A stretch of 64,000 nt of DNA from positions 10,517,003-10,581,002 of the forward strand of contig MU053934.1 in assembly GCA_013239625.1 (NCBI GenBank), given 5' to 3'. Shown here piece by piece: positions 1 to 12,400 of this stretch. Both the position numbers and the translations under genes were made by a program. The notes under the pieces are model-generated. The model did no database searches and was not told where the DNA came from. It saw only the letters and a program-made list of their open reading frames with translations. Numbering within the stretch: the first letter of the stretch is position 1; the number at the start of each line of letters is the position of its first letter. Source of the DNA: Lama guanicoe. Lineage: Eukaryota.

Positions 1-1006
1 TAATGAAACAAAAATACACTTGTGTACATTATATATGTTGCTGTCATTCCTCTGTTTATTAATTAAAAAATTGTACAAGTTTCTACTGCAATGCTATAGC
101 AAGAATGGACGTTTTTGACGGGCAGTGCACAGTGTGGGCAGCGCCCAGCCCTGCTGCCACCCCTTCCACCCTGGCAGGGCTCCCGAGGCGCACCCTGACC
201 CTCCTGCATCTCAGCTCTGAGGGGCCCTGCTAAGCTCAGCGGGGAACGGTCGTGACTCCCTCGTGGTCTAAAGTGACCGACCCCACGCCCCGCTCTTCAT
301 CCGGACTGTTCACTTCCTCTGCTGTGGCACATCCCACCAGCCTCCCCTGCACGACCAGGATCCCTGAGGGGAGGGGAGGCTGCCACTGCCTCTCAGTCAC
401 CTCTGTGTCCCGAGGACCAGCCGGACGACTCAGGACCACACTCAGCAGAAGACCAGCCCCGCTGGAGCTGGAGGTGCACCAAGACCCAGAGGCGGGTCCT
501 CGAGGGTGGCAGCTGTGTCTTCTCTGGCTGTGGGAGCCCATGTCGGAGCCCCTGCAGGCTTGAGGATGGTGGTGCCCGAGGCACCACCTGGGTCTGCTCT
601 GGGCTGGGGCCAAGGGGTCAGCGCGTGGCCAAGGACAGGGGCCACGTGTGCAGCCAGACCCAGGCCCGCTCCTCCGCCAGCCCCTGCTGCTGAAGTGCCC
701 TCGTGCGTCCTGGTGACTCTTCACGAAGCGGGAGGCAGAGAACAAATCAGTGCGAAATAATATTTTTACTAAGTTTCTGCTCTCCAGCCTGTGCAGTTGT
801 ACCAACTTGTTAGCGGGCCCCTGGGAGCGCTGCGGTGCATACTGATGCCGGCTCATGCCAATTACCAGGCTGAGCGATGAAACAGCCTTGTATCGTTTCA
901 CCAGTGCACGGGAACAGCAGGTGAACGCTATAGTTTATGATTTTCAATTATAAATCAAATAGACTGAGTTCTCGCTTCTCTTAATAAAGGCTGTAAAAGC
1001 ACTGAA
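1..1006 (+). other. Probable distal 3' UTR of an unidentified upstream gene
   Basis: Non-repeat sequence with AU-rich blocks at 1-120 and 755-990, ending in AATAAA followed by a GU/U-rich tract. No convincing ORF. Gene identity not recognised. Confidence 0.55.
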
Positions 1007-1090
1007 GTGTGTGGACGGGCTTCGGCTCGGGGAAGAAAAAACAGGTCGTGTTTCTAAGTGATCGCTTGTGTGGTGTTTTTGTTTCTGCCA
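983..1090 (+). terminator. Polyadenylation signal with downstream GU/U-rich element
   Basis: AATAAA at 983-988; likely cleavage near 1001-1006; then GTGTGTGG...GTCGTGTTTCT...TTGTGTGGTGTTTTTGTTTCT. Confidence 0.65.
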
Positions 1091-1419
1091 CTGTCTGCTG
1101 CACTCAAGGTTCAGAGGAACATTTTAGAATACGTGCATTTGGGAGGAGCCGGGGACTCGGGGCCTGGTTAATTACCCCGGATGTGCTGAGACACGCTCCC
1201 GGCAGACCGGTGATCTCCCATCCCTCTGGGGGCCCTGCCCGTCCTAACACCTGCCCTGCTGCCCCGGGGAGGCGTCCCAGAGGGCGTGGGCGTTTGCTTG
1301 CATCTCTGGGGATGGCGCTCCTGCTGGACCAGAGGTGATGCTCAGGAGAGGATGGGACACGTGGTGATGGGGGGCAGGCCCAGTTCTGTTTCTCCTGAGC
1401 GAATCAGATGGCTTCCTTT

Positions 1420-1552
1420 GAGGATCCTGACTCTGCCCCTTGACAAGCTGATTAACCTGGGCAGTTTACCTGCCCTCTCTGTCCCCAGGTTGCTCCATCT
1501 ATGAACAGCGGGGACAGTAACCCCCCTGGTACATCACACAGAGGCTGACGAG
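1420..1552 (+). mobile_element. MIR SINE relic
   Basis: atcctgactctgcccct...acctgggcagtttacctgccctctctgtccccaggttgctccatctatgaa resembles the MIR core. Confidence 0.7.
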
Positions 1553-2310
1553 CTGGCCCTGGGAAGCTGCTCGCGATTGCTCCCGGTGCGGGAGGAAAAG
1601 ACGAGAGGGGCAGAAGGAATGAGAGCAACGTTCAGAGCAGTAGACAGAGTACAGAGAGCAGCAAGCAGGTAATTTATGTGTCCGGTAAGAGCTCTGAAGA
1701 CACAGAACTGAGCAAAAATGGGAGACGTGGAAGATGAGTTTTCTCCTTTGAAGAAACAGCTCATTTATCAGGTAGAAACAGCTTATTACACGAAACTCAA
1801 AATGAGACACATCCAGTGAAAAATTTAAATTACAAGGATAAAGGAAACCATGGGGTAAATGTCCAGGTAGAAGAGAGACGGTGCACCAGCCTGGACGAGG
1901 GTCCTCGTGGCCTCGGCTTCCTCCCCTCCTGCATTCAAGGCCCAAATGCCCTCAGAGGGGCGGCTTCTGCCAGGGCCTTAGGAGGTGTGTCCGTGGGGTT
2001 CCTGGCCAAGGCTGAAGCCCTGGGTTTCCAGCTCCTGCAGTCGGTCCCGCTCTGGGCAGGGCTCCGTCTGGAGGAGTGTGTGCTGGAGGCGGGTGAGTGG
2101 CGACCCCTCCCCACGCAAGAGTCTGGGAGCTGGGGCAGGGCAGCCTGGTGCTTGTCCCCCATGCCCTCCACACTGCGGGTGGTCGGGTCGGCTGGGGACG
2201 GAGCTGGCCAGTCCTGAGCCCGCTGCCCAGTGGGTAGCTCGCCTGGAGTTGGAAACGCAGAAGAGGGTGGTGGGCGTGGATGCCTGACTTCCATGTGGGA
2301 GGTGTGGCGA

Positions 2311-2530
2311 CTGTTCTGGGCCAAACTTTGTCCCCCTCAAATTCCTATGTTGAAGTCCTACCCTCCAGGACTTCAGCATGTGACTATTTGGAAATAGGGT
2401 CTTGGCAGATGCAATTAGTTAAGATGAGTAAAACGCAGAAGGAACCAGCCCCGCTGACACATTGCCGTTGGACTTCTAGCCTCCAGATGGTGAGGAGCTG
2501 GACATTTCTGTGAAGGCAGCCAGGACACTA
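2311..2530 (+). mobile_element. MaLR LTR (MLT1B/C-like), internally deleted
   Basis: tgtccccctcaaattcctatgttgaagtccta...gtgactatttggaaatagggtcttggcagatgcaattagttaagatgag joined to ttggacttctagcctccaga. Confidence 0.8.
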
Positions 2531-3347
2531 CCAGTGACCACTGAGGTGTGGCTCAGGGAACTGGCCAGCCCAAGCCTCACCCACAGAGGGGAAGTTAACA
2601 GGGCCATTGCTCTGAACTCCTCAGACTTGAAACCAAGCCCACGGTCAATGAGGGGACGTGGCCATCCCTCCCGGCCCGGAGCAGCTGTGACGCAGAAGTG
2701 CTCTTTAGAAGACCGCTGGCCCCACACCCCTGCATTCCTCACACGGGGAGTGCTGAAATGGACAGCGCCGAAGGAAACAAGTCCAGATTTAGGTCAGGAG
2801 TGCTCCCGTCGGTGAGGATCATTGCAATAATGGAGGGGGCTATCGAAATAGGGAGCATGCTCCCAGGGTCAGATCTGCAGCACCTCGAAGGTCAGGCAGA
2901 GAGGGATTTCCTTTTATAGGGAGGGGCAAACGAGGCTAAAAAGAACCAGCTATGGGGAACGGGCCATGTGATGGGACAGCTGAGCAGGGAATGTGCTTCC
3001 TCGTGGTCAGCTGACTCTCTGGAGGGGCCACGAGGGACAGCTGCCTGCTGGCTCAGGCTGACTCGGGGTGGGAGGGGACTCAGCTCCAGTTTGCTACAGC
3101 CAGTTAGCAAGCACTTTGTTCCCACCAATCAGTGGGAACAAGCCACTCAGCCAGTCATTTGTGAGGCACAGGATGGGACTTCGAGGGTCTGCATCTGGTC
3201 TTGTCCTAGGTAAGCAAGAGGCATCCAGGGGTCACATGGGCAAGTGGATTCTTTGTAGCAAGCGGTTTCCTGGAATACGGATGGTGGGTAGGCATTTCTT
3301 AACCATTGCTGTTCTCCTGGAGCACAGGGCTCTGGCAGAGTTTCACA

Positions 3348-3457
3348 TGGTGGACAGTTTAGCTCTCATGGTGACAATGAGGTGTTGTGGTGATGATGGT
3401 GATGGTGGTGTTGACAGTTTATCTCTTGGTGATGGTGATGATGATGGTAATAATAAC
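3348..3457. repeat. Degenerate (GAT/GGT)n low-complexity tract with a ~60 bp period duplication
   Basis: gacagtttagctctcatggtga at 3353 and gacagtttatctcttggtga at 3413, each followed by GAT/GGT triplets. Confidence 0.7.
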
Positions 3458-3489
3458 GTGACAATCCTCTGAACTCCTTACGTGTATAA

Positions 3490-3630
3490 ATTGAATCATG
3501 AGGTAAGTACTGGCACCCACTCTTCAGAACTGAGTCTCAGAAAGACTGATTCGCTTTCCCGAAGTTCTGGCCTGGTTGTGTGTTGCACAGAACGGGGCTC
3601 GCACCAGGCAGCCTGGCTCCAGTGCCCACG
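3490..3630 (-). mobile_element. MIR relic
   Basis: atgaggtaagtactggcacccactcttcagaactgagtctcagaaag...gcctggctccagtgccc. Confidence 0.55.
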
Positions 3631-3850
3631 TTCATGCCACTGCTGCCTCTGCTTCTGGAAGGAGGGCAGCACTTGTGTTACCTCCAAGGTCACACTGCCT
3701 GCTTGGCCCAGGCGCACCCTCTGTTTCATCCTTTTATAGATCCACAGAGAGGGTTCCACAAGCACTACCAGATGGCAGCCCACAACACCCCAACTTTGAA
3801 CAATTTGAACTCAGTTTTATTAATAAAGTGCCGCTAATGAATCAAGTCCC

Positions 3851-4229
3851 TGTGTTAGTGTCCTAGGGCTGTTGTGACAACTAACCACACACATGGTAGC
3901 CTAAGGCAACAGAAGTTTATTCTCTCATCGTCTGGAGCCCAGAAGTCAGAAGTCAAGGTGCCGGCAAGGCCACCTCCCTCCGGAGGCTTCAGATGTTCCC
4001 TGGTTTGTGGCAGCATCACTCAGTCTCTGCCTCTGTCTTCACGTGGCTTCCTCTCCTATGTCGCAAACCTCCCAAGCCTTTCTCCCCTGAGGGTTTGGGG
4101 CCCCTGTAAACCCAGGATGAACTTGTCCAAGATCCCTGTTGGTTCCGTCTCCAAGTACGGTCACACTCACAGGGTCCTGGGGTTAAGACACTGACACATC
4201 TTTTGAGGGCCACTACCTAACCCACTACA
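3851..4229 (-). mobile_element. MaLR solo LTR (MLT1B/C-like)
   Basis: Begins tgtgttagtgtcctagggctg; contains caacagaagtttattctctca...tctggagcccagaagtcagaagtcaaggtg; ends aacccactaca. Confidence 0.85.
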
Positions 4230-4862
4230 GGCCCCAGATGAAACTTCTGCCCAAGCTCAGCCAGGAGGGCCTCCTCCAGAGTCTGGGTGGTGCCGGGCGG
4301 GGGAGCAGTCTCTGGGCAGGGAGGGTTGGTTCAGCACGTCCACGCGGGGGAGGAGGCAGACCCCAAGCTCCAAGGGGTCCACACTTCTCACTTTCCAAAG
4401 GTCAGCGGGACACACATGATGATCCAGCTCCGGCCCTTCACCTGTGGTGCTGAGCTGGGAGGCAGTCACGGTGTTCACCAGGGGTAGCGACAATCCCTCC
4501 TTGCTGTGGCCATGGCACGGACCCCTCTGGATCCTGAGATGCTGAGTTCCTGGATGTGAGCTCGAGGTTGAGTTGGGATGGTCCTAAGAAGCTAGGGACT
4601 TGCCTGTGTCCTGATCTTCCAACCGGACTTCCTGAGGGAGTGATGCCCAGAAGGCCCTGATCCAGAGAGCTCTGCGGATCTACCTTTTGTAGTCTGCTCA
4701 CTTAGCCATGCTTACAGAGAAAGAAGGAAAGAAAAAGTGTCCGTGGGTTCTGCCAAGATTTTAAGAGAAAACCTTTATAATCCAGTATCTTGGTTTCCAG
4801 TGAAGTTTGATTGAATTGGGTTGGTTGATTTTTAAGGTGTGAAGGCCACAAGCAAGGGATCA

Positions 4863-4864
<2 letters not shown>

Positions 4865-4898
<34 letters not shown>

Positions 4899-4912
4899 TA
4901 CACACACACACA
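4865..4912. repeat. (CA)n microsatellite, interrupted
   Basis: CA run with one GATA interruption. Confidence 0.95.
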
Positions 4913-5329
4913 CCCTGTGTAGCCTTTTTAGATATCATTTGGAGATCTGTGCCCATCAACCAACAGATGAGACAAATTAGGAGTTCACTGATGACAAAGT
5001 TATGGCACAACAGGATTTATTTTGAGTATTGCAATTACTTAAGTATAAAGCAGTTTTTTAAAATTCTGAAAGAAGTTTACAAAAATCTTGTAATTAATAC
5101 ATGAGAAAGGGGAGGGGGATGGTATGGAATGAGTGGGGAGATGTGGGCTGAAGCGGAGTGATGTGGGTGCATGGGAGACAGCAAGGTGAGTCTGCCCAAT
5201 TCCTGGTCTGAGGTTCAGGCTGCTCAGTTGTGTCTTGACCACTGACTGGGGAGAGCTGATCTGGAATTAAGTCTGAATGCTGTAGCACACACCTGTGACA
5301 GCTTGTCTTCTCAGGTAATGTAAGTGCAG

Positions 5330-5745
5330 ACGTCAGAGCACTGGGACAGGTGGCCACACCATGAGGCCACGGAGACTAGTCCTGCTCTTTCTGCTGCTCC
5401 GTCACTTGGTGCACAGCCTTTGCCCTCAGAGGACCTCAGCATCCAAGATGGCTGCAGGAGCGCCAGCCACCACATCTGCCTGCCAGGCAGCAGGGCACAG
5501 GCAAGGGGTGTGGTAGCACTCCCTGGCCATCCCTTAAGAAGCCTTCCTCAGGTTTCACTCAGCAACTTCCCCTTACATCTCATTGGCCAGAACTTAGTCA
5601 CATCACCATTCCTACTTCAGAGGAAATGTGAGTGTTTAGATGGGCATATTGATGCCCCCAATAAAAGTGTTTTTTTTTCTTTTTTTTTAAACCAAGGATA
5701 GAATGGAGAATGGGTATTGGGTGGCCACCTAGCCACCTCTGCCAC
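5330..5745 (-). mobile_element. Old MaLR LTR (MLT1J/K/L-like)
   Basis: cttccccttacatctcattggccagaacttagtcacat...gggcatattgatgcccccaataaaa...gagaatgggtattgggtgg. Confidence 0.65.
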
Positions 5746-6082
5746 AGAGGGGCAATAACAGAGCAGGCAACGGATTCACAGGAGTTCCGATATCAACATT
5801 AGACCAAGGGGTGTTCTTGGCAAAATGTATCACAAGACAAAGTTATGATTTTATAGAGATGAAAGCTAACCTCACTGCCAGAGGAGACCTTATGACCAAC
5901 AGGTAATATAGAAAGAAAGGGCATTAGATACACATGGAGAAATTGGCAATAGCTCGATGGTAACAGAATAACTAACCCCTATACTTCATGTGTCATCCTG
6001 TTAGTAAGATAAATCATCAGAATAAGGCATAAATGATGAACCACAATAAGGCAATATAGGATCTAGTTAGTATTGTTAATTA

Positions 6083-6225
6083 TCCATTCATTCATCACTC
6101 AGCAACACACACATTAGGCACCCACTACACGCCAGGTAGCGTGCACGCGCCGGGACGGCGGTGAGGCGACAGGCGTCCCGCGCCTGTGAAGCACACAGTC
6201 TAGGAGGGGGGCTGGAGAGACATCA
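6083..6225 (-). mobile_element. L2 3' end relic
   Basis: cattcattca...attaggcacccactacacgccagg...gaagcacacagtctagg. Confidence 0.65.
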
Positions 6226-6446
6226 GTCACTGAAGCATGAATCCTGTAGGGAATGTCTACTCTTTTCCTGAACTGTTTATAAAAACAGATGAACTCTTAA
6301 GCTGTGAAGAAGCCAACAGTCCACTACAAGGCAGGAATCGTTCAGCTTCCTTTGGCAAAGCACACTGTCATAGTGCTGAAAAGTACAAACAAGCTTTTAA
6401 ACTAAGGAGAAATAGAATATAAACGTTCTCTTAACTCATTAGTAGC

Positions 6447-6505
6447 AGAAAGGAAGGAAGGAAGGAAGGAGGGAAAGAAGGAGGAAGTGAAGGAAGGGAG
6501 GAAGA
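6447..6505. repeat. (GGAA)n purine-rich microsatellite
   Basis: aggaaggaaggaaggaaggagggaaagaaggaggaag. Confidence 0.9.
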
Positions 6506-6630
6506 CTTCAACTACAGATTATGCTGAAAAATATATACCCAAATTTAAGGCATCCAGCCAGATACCCCTCAAAGAAAAATTGATAACTGGGAATTATCTT
6601 ACCAGAAAATGACACTATGAACAGAACAAT

Positions 6631-7140
6631 TATATCCGTTGGCTTTAGGTGCATGAGAAACCACCCCAAATCTCAGTACCTCCAGACAACCGTCGTGCTG
6701 GGCTCTGTGGGTCGGCTGAGTCCTTCCTTGGAGCTGGCTGGGTGAGGCTGTCTCTGCTGGGCTCCTCCTCGCATCTGTGTCCCTGGCGGGTATGCTGGCT
6801 GGTCTAATGTTGCACTGTCTGCTCATCTGTGGTTGGCAAACTGTTGGCTGGGGCACACTGGTTCTGCGTGAGCCCTGCTCCAGCAGGCCAGCCTGGGCTC
6901 TTTCACGGGATGGGCTCAGGTTCCCAAGTACAGTAAGGCAGGCAAGCCCTGGATGAAGCGCCTCCCAAGTACAGTAAGGCAGGCGAGCCCCGGATGAAGC
7001 GCCTTCCAGGTCTCCCTTGTGTGCATTCCAACATCGCCCAGCAGCCAGCAGATGCCACGGTGAAGCCCCAGTCGGGCTGCGCAGGGGCTCCCCAGGGCGG
7101 GGACAGAGGCAGGGCGGTCACTATAACCACTGCCGCCAGC
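6631..7140 (-). mobile_element. MaLR LTR (MLT1F/G/H-like)
   Basis: aaaccaccccaaatctcagt...gtctctgctgggctcctcctcgcatctgtg...ctccagcaggccagcctgggctc. Confidence 0.65.
6922..7003. repeat. Tandem duplication, 2 x 41 bp
   Basis: tcccaagtacagtaaggcaggc(a/g)agccc(t/c)ggatgaagcgcc at 6922-6962 and 6963-7003, two mismatches. Confidence 0.95.
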
Positions 7141-7149
7141 AACCGCCTG

Positions 7150-7640
7150 CTTTAATTAAAATGTAAAAATCTACAGAAAAACAATGATGCAAGAAAGGAG
7201 GAGAATTATTAAACACTAAAGACTAAGGTGGAAAATAGAGATGTAAAAAGTGGAGAAGTGGCAGAGTTGGTAAATGTAATTCTGTCTGCAACAGAAGCAA
7301 TAAAACTGATGAACTTCAGCAGACAAAAGCAACAAAAAAGAAAGAAACGCAGATAAATACCACTAGCGTCAAAAACAGTGCATAAGAACAAATAAGGGAA
7401 AACTTAAAGTTACTCAAGAATCCTATTGACAGTGATGTATGAATATATTTTTAAAATTGAATACATTTTCATTTTATTAAATAATAAATCAGTCGAATGA
7501 AGGATATCCTGAAGGTGTGTGCTTTACCAAAATGAACTCAAGGAGATACATACAATCTGATTGTATCAATAACCAAGGAAGAAACCTCGAGAGGCAAAGA
7601 AAGTCAGAAACGACGGATCCTATGGCGAGTGTCGGGCCAG
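7150..7640 (+). mobile_element. Ancient L1 ORF2 fragment
   Basis: A-rich sense strand with degenerate L1-like text (ataaaactgatgaac...cagataaataccact...caaaatgaactcaaggagata). Confidence 0.5.
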
Positions 7641-7969
7641 GTGAGGGACAGGACGGCTGTGCAGCTGGTAATCCAGCAGCAGAAGCCAGGCACAGCCCTC
7701 ACACCAGTCAGAACTTACAATCGGTTCCTCAGAGAAGTCAGGATTGGAGACTACATGCCCATCCAGAGTCAAGGCAGTGTGAATGGTCATTCAAGACCTG
7801 CAGTCTCCATTTGGAGCAATAAAACAGAAGTATAACGTAAGCCCTGGCTTGTGCACGCAAGGGCTCCCACGCAAGCTCCCAGCTGGGAGCGCCAAGCATG
7901 AGCGGCAATGAGCAGAGGAAGGGAAAACAGAACAGGGAAATGTTAAAGAGAAACGATCAACTATCTTCT

Positions 7970-9300
7970 AAAAGTTGGGTTTCTTGAGTTATAATTTATA
8001 CAAAAGCAAAACTTTAATAAAAAATGTGCAGTCCTACAAGTTGTGACAGGAGCATAGGGTCATGTAGCATCTTCCTTAACCAAGATAAAGAACATTTCCG
8101 TTGCCTTCTAAGAGCTCTCTCATTCCCCTTAGTAGACAAATCCCCTCCTACCCCTAGTCGCTGGCACCCCCTGATCTATCTGCCGCCTCTAGTTTGTCTT
8201 TTGTGGTTTGTTACACAAACAGAAGCACACACTGTGCAGCCTTTGTCTGTGTCTTCGTTCAACTGAGTACAATGTGTTTGAGACACATCCCTGTTACTGA
8301 AGTCAGTTGCTTTCACTGCCAGCCCTGACGGCTGAGCAGCATTCCATCGGTGGGGCTACGTCGTGTCTTGTTCATCCACTCACCAGGTGACGGGCATTTT
8401 TTACCGTATTTTTTCCAGTTGTGAACGAACCTTCTGTGAACATTCACAGGCAGGTGTTTGTGTGACCATATGGTTCTACTTCTCTTGGACAAACACCTAG
8501 AAGTCGGATTGCTGGATTTTTTGGTAATTGTATATCTGACATCAAAAGAACTCATCAAACTGGTTTCCAAAGGGGCTGTGCCATTTTGCATTCCTGGCAG
8601 CAGTGTGCGAGAGTTCTAGGTGCTCCACATGCTTGCCAACAGTTGATGTTATCAGTATTTTCATAAATTTGATTTTACTTAGTTATTCTTATAGCTGAGT
8701 AATGGTGTTTCATTTTAATTTATATTTTCGTAATGACCAATGATGCCAAGTATCTTTCTATATGTTTCATGCCTATTTGGTACCTGTGTCCCTTTGGTAA
8801 AGGGCCTGTTCAAATCTTTTGTCTATTTCATTTTTTAAATTGGGTAGTTTATTTGCTTATCATTGACTTTTGTGAATTTTTAAACACATTTTTAAAACTA
8901 GTGTTTCACTGGATATGCAAATATTTTCTTCCAGTCTCTGGCTTGTCTTTTCTCTTTTTTTGTTCCTAGGAGTGCCTTTTAAAGAAGAATTTTTCAGTTT
9001 TGATGAAGTCCAATGTAACAATTTTTCCTTCACTATTTATGCTTTCTGTGTCCTATTGAAGAATTACTTGAGTAACCCAAATCTACAAAGATTTTCTTCT
9101 ATTTTCTGCTAGACATTTTATAGTTTTAAGGTTTTTGATCCATGATTAATTCCCAGATAATTTTTCTATATGGTACAAGGTATGGACTGAGGTTGATTTT
9201 TCTGCAGATAGAGTCTAATTATTTTTAACACCACTTTTTAAAATGGTTATCATTTTCTATTGAACTGACTTAGCACTTTTATTGAAAAGCAATTGAATAC
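7970..9300 (-). mobile_element. Old L1 (L1M class) ORF2 end and 3' UTR, antisense
   Basis: ttcatccactcaccaggtgacgggcatttt, acacctagaagtcggattgctgga, ctggtttccaaaggggctgtgccattttgcattcc, tttgatgaagtccaat. Confidence 0.85.
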
Positions 9301-9345
9301 ATATATAGCATATAATGCATGTAAAAATATATATTTATATATTAC

Positions 9346-9369
9346 TATATATATATATATATATATATA
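9346..9369. repeat. (TA)n microsatellite
   Basis: Pure TA run at the junction between two L1 pieces. Confidence 0.9.
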
Positions 9370-12300
9370 GTCAAGCTGATTCTACAGCTTATATCCAAAA
9401 CAATTTTGGAAAGGACGAACAGAGTGGGGAGACTCTCGCTACCTGATTTCAAGACTTACTATAAAGCTACAACTTCATGACAATATGACAGAACAATGTT
9501 GACAAAAAAATGAGCCCGCTAGGTTAGTGGGTAAGAGTAAAGAGCTGCCAGGACTTGGGTGGCTATAACTCCAGAGAGAAGTTCTAGAGAGAAGCAGAGG
9601 GACCAGAGCCTAGTGTCTGGAATTTCATTTTCCTTCCAGGTAGTTGCTGATTCACTAGCTGTGGCTAAAAGCCTGGGTAGCTGACCAGTTTTTACAGACC
9701 CATGATGCTTTGGGGACAAAAGTTCAATTTATGGCTTGACCAAAATAAGGGACCCTTGTACACATTCTAGAATTTTAATGTGGAGAACTCAAATATCCTA
9801 TGCTCTGGAATAGGCGTGAACTGGAAAAAAGTAGCCCTCACAGAGACTCAAGCCAACTATAAGACATAGATGGGTCACAATGGAAAGATCTGCTCCCCCC
9901 ATAAAATAGCCCCATAAGCAGAGATGAAAGGGAATGGGGCAACTGCAATTTTTGAAGGCAACAATGCAGCTGGGAAATTTTCAGAACTGGCAAAAACATT
10001 AAGCTGCAGATTCAAGAACCACAATAAACCCTCAGTGGATTTAATAAAAAGGAAATCACACCAAGGCCCTTCATGGTGAAACAGTTGAAAATGGAATAAG
10101 AGGGCTACTTCCTAATTCATTTCATGAGGCCAGCATAAGCTTAATAGTAGAATCTGACAAGTACTTTAACAGAAAAGAGAACTGCAGGACAATCTTTCTC
10201 ATGAACATAAATGCAGAAATACTAAACCAAATATCAGCCAACAAGCCAAGCAATATACAGAGATCACATGGCACAGCCGTGCTGGCTGTCGTCCAAGAAT
10301 TGTAGGTCGATTTCACACTTGAAAGTCATTTCATGTAATATACAGTGAAAACAGAATAAAAGATAAAGCTACGCGATACAGTAGATTTAAAGAAGTATTT
10401 AATAAATTCAACAGAAAGCCATACAAAAATTTTAGAACACTAGAAATAGAGGTATGCCAATTCCTTAATATGTAAAAATATGTTTATAAAAGAAACCACT
10501 ACAAACACATCAGATTTAATGCTGTAGTACCACACAAAGGGAGACGGTGCCTATTATAAAAAAGAGGCAAGAAGGGGAAACTGAATGTGGAATAATTGGG
10601 AAGCAAGAAATAAAATGATCATTATTTGAAGACAAAATGATTATATATATAAAGAAGTGAAAAGAAAATAGAAATAAGCTAGCAGAAGTGTGACTTTGAC
10701 AAGTCTTTTAGGAAGCGGTCAGTACACAGACGTCAATTGTATTTCCTTAAAATGTTTCCAAAGTCTGAAAATACAGATAATATTTTCTCCTTTATAGTGG
10801 TCTGTTATCAACAAATCATTCGTTATGCATTTGCCTGTCTTTGCATCCTTGGTGGTCTGATGTATATTATAAAATCAAATCTCAAAAGTGCCATTTACAA
10901 TAACATTTACAAGAGCGTCCAAAGTCTAGGGAAAGCATGCAACTCCCTACATAGGAAACAACAGAACATTATGGAGAGATTAAAGGAGACCCAAATAAAT
11001 GCAGGGCCGTATCCACTGACTTGTTCGTAACTCCTTTCAGAGCCAGTTTTATGTATCTCTCCCCAAGTCTGTGTCCACTAACACTCATGTGTGCTTTGAA
11101 AGTGGCTAAGATGACTGTATTCACAGCACAGAAACTGGCAAATGATGCAAGACACTGTTGTTCACCGTTTTCCAGCACACTATGGCTGGAAGTGGCTATA
11201 CCATGTTCATGGATTGACAACTAAATGTTGTAAAGATATCCACTTAAGATACTTTTATCTAAAGATCTAGTGCAATTCCTTTAAAAGTTTCAGTAAATTT
11301 TCTGAGGACACTTATAAGCGGTTTAAAGAGTTGTATGGAAATCCAAGGTAGCAAGAATAACCAAGAAACTATTGAACGAAAAGAAGGGCTGTGGAGGACT
11401 TTAATGCCTGGTTATCAAAGTTCATTATGAAGCAACAGTAATTAAGATAATGGGATATTAGTTAAACACAGACAAATAGCCCACCATCCTAAAGGGGGAA
11501 AGGTTGGAAACACTCTTTGTAACCAGTGGGGAGAGGGCTACTCTGTGTTGCCACCTCTCCTTAACGCTGTGCCAGAGGTCCTGGCCAAGCCATTAATGAG
11601 AAAAAAGCAAAGAATTGGAAAGAGGAACCAGAGCTGTCATCATTTGGAGATGACACGATTATTTAAATAGAAATCCCAAAAGGACCCACGCACTAATTAT
11701 CAGAAGTAATGAGTGTTTAGCCAAATGGCTTAACGTCATGTTAACATACAAAATGCGTAAGATAATTAAGGAGGAGACACCATCAGTAAGAGTATCAAAA
11801 AACAAGGTTTATGAAGGAACCTAACAGAGGATGTTCAAGCTTTTAAATGAGGTATTAAAGAGGATCGAATAAATAGAAGGATAATGTGTGCACAGGTAGG
11901 AAGACTTCACGTGGTAAATACGTAAATTATCCCCAGTTTGATCTAAGATTTAATGGAGTCCAAATCAGACATTTTAACGACATTTTCAAGATGATTCTAA
12001 ACATCGTATGGAAGAGGCAATGGCCGAGAATGCCAGAATGCTTTTGTAGGAACAGGAGGACTTTGTCTACTAGACAAATCAGGTCTTAATGTGAAGCATC
12101 AGAACCTGGCCATCACCATACTGGGGACGGGTAGACAGACTCATCACAGAACAGAACGGAGACCCTGAAGAGAGACTTGCATTTGAGTGAAACCTTGGCA
12201 GCATGAGAAAGACCTCACCTGTGGGTGGAAGTGTGCCAGTAGCACGTTGCGGGAAGAGCCCCTGGGATGGGGTGTACACCCACTTGGGCATCTTTGGAAA

Positions 12301-12400
12301 ATGAGCTCTGTTACAGTCACGAACAAAGAATGATGATTATCCAGTTCTGTGCACCTGAGATCCAACACACAGCAAGAAAAACAAAATCAATGAGTGAAAG
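9370..12400 (+). mobile_element. Cluster of ancient sense-strand L1 fragments (ORF1/ORF2 remnants)
   Basis: ctacctgatttcaagacttactataaagctaca at ~9440. 10120-10240 translates to FHEASISLIVESDK...RKENCRTIFLMNINAEILNQISA, resembling L1 ORF2 [34 protein letters not shown]. ataccatgttcatggattg at ~11200. All frames are disrupted. Confidence 0.8.

Noticed and set aside
236..901. 221 aa minus-strand ORF
   Set aside because: No true ATG start, no recognisable domain, Arg/Pro/Gly/Ser-rich composition expected from GC-rich DNA, and antisense to a probable 3' UTR.
936..980. SECIS-like ATGA...AAA motif in the 3' UTR
   Set aside because: The helix pairs poorly and there is no 3' GA placed to form the non-Watson-Crick quartet.
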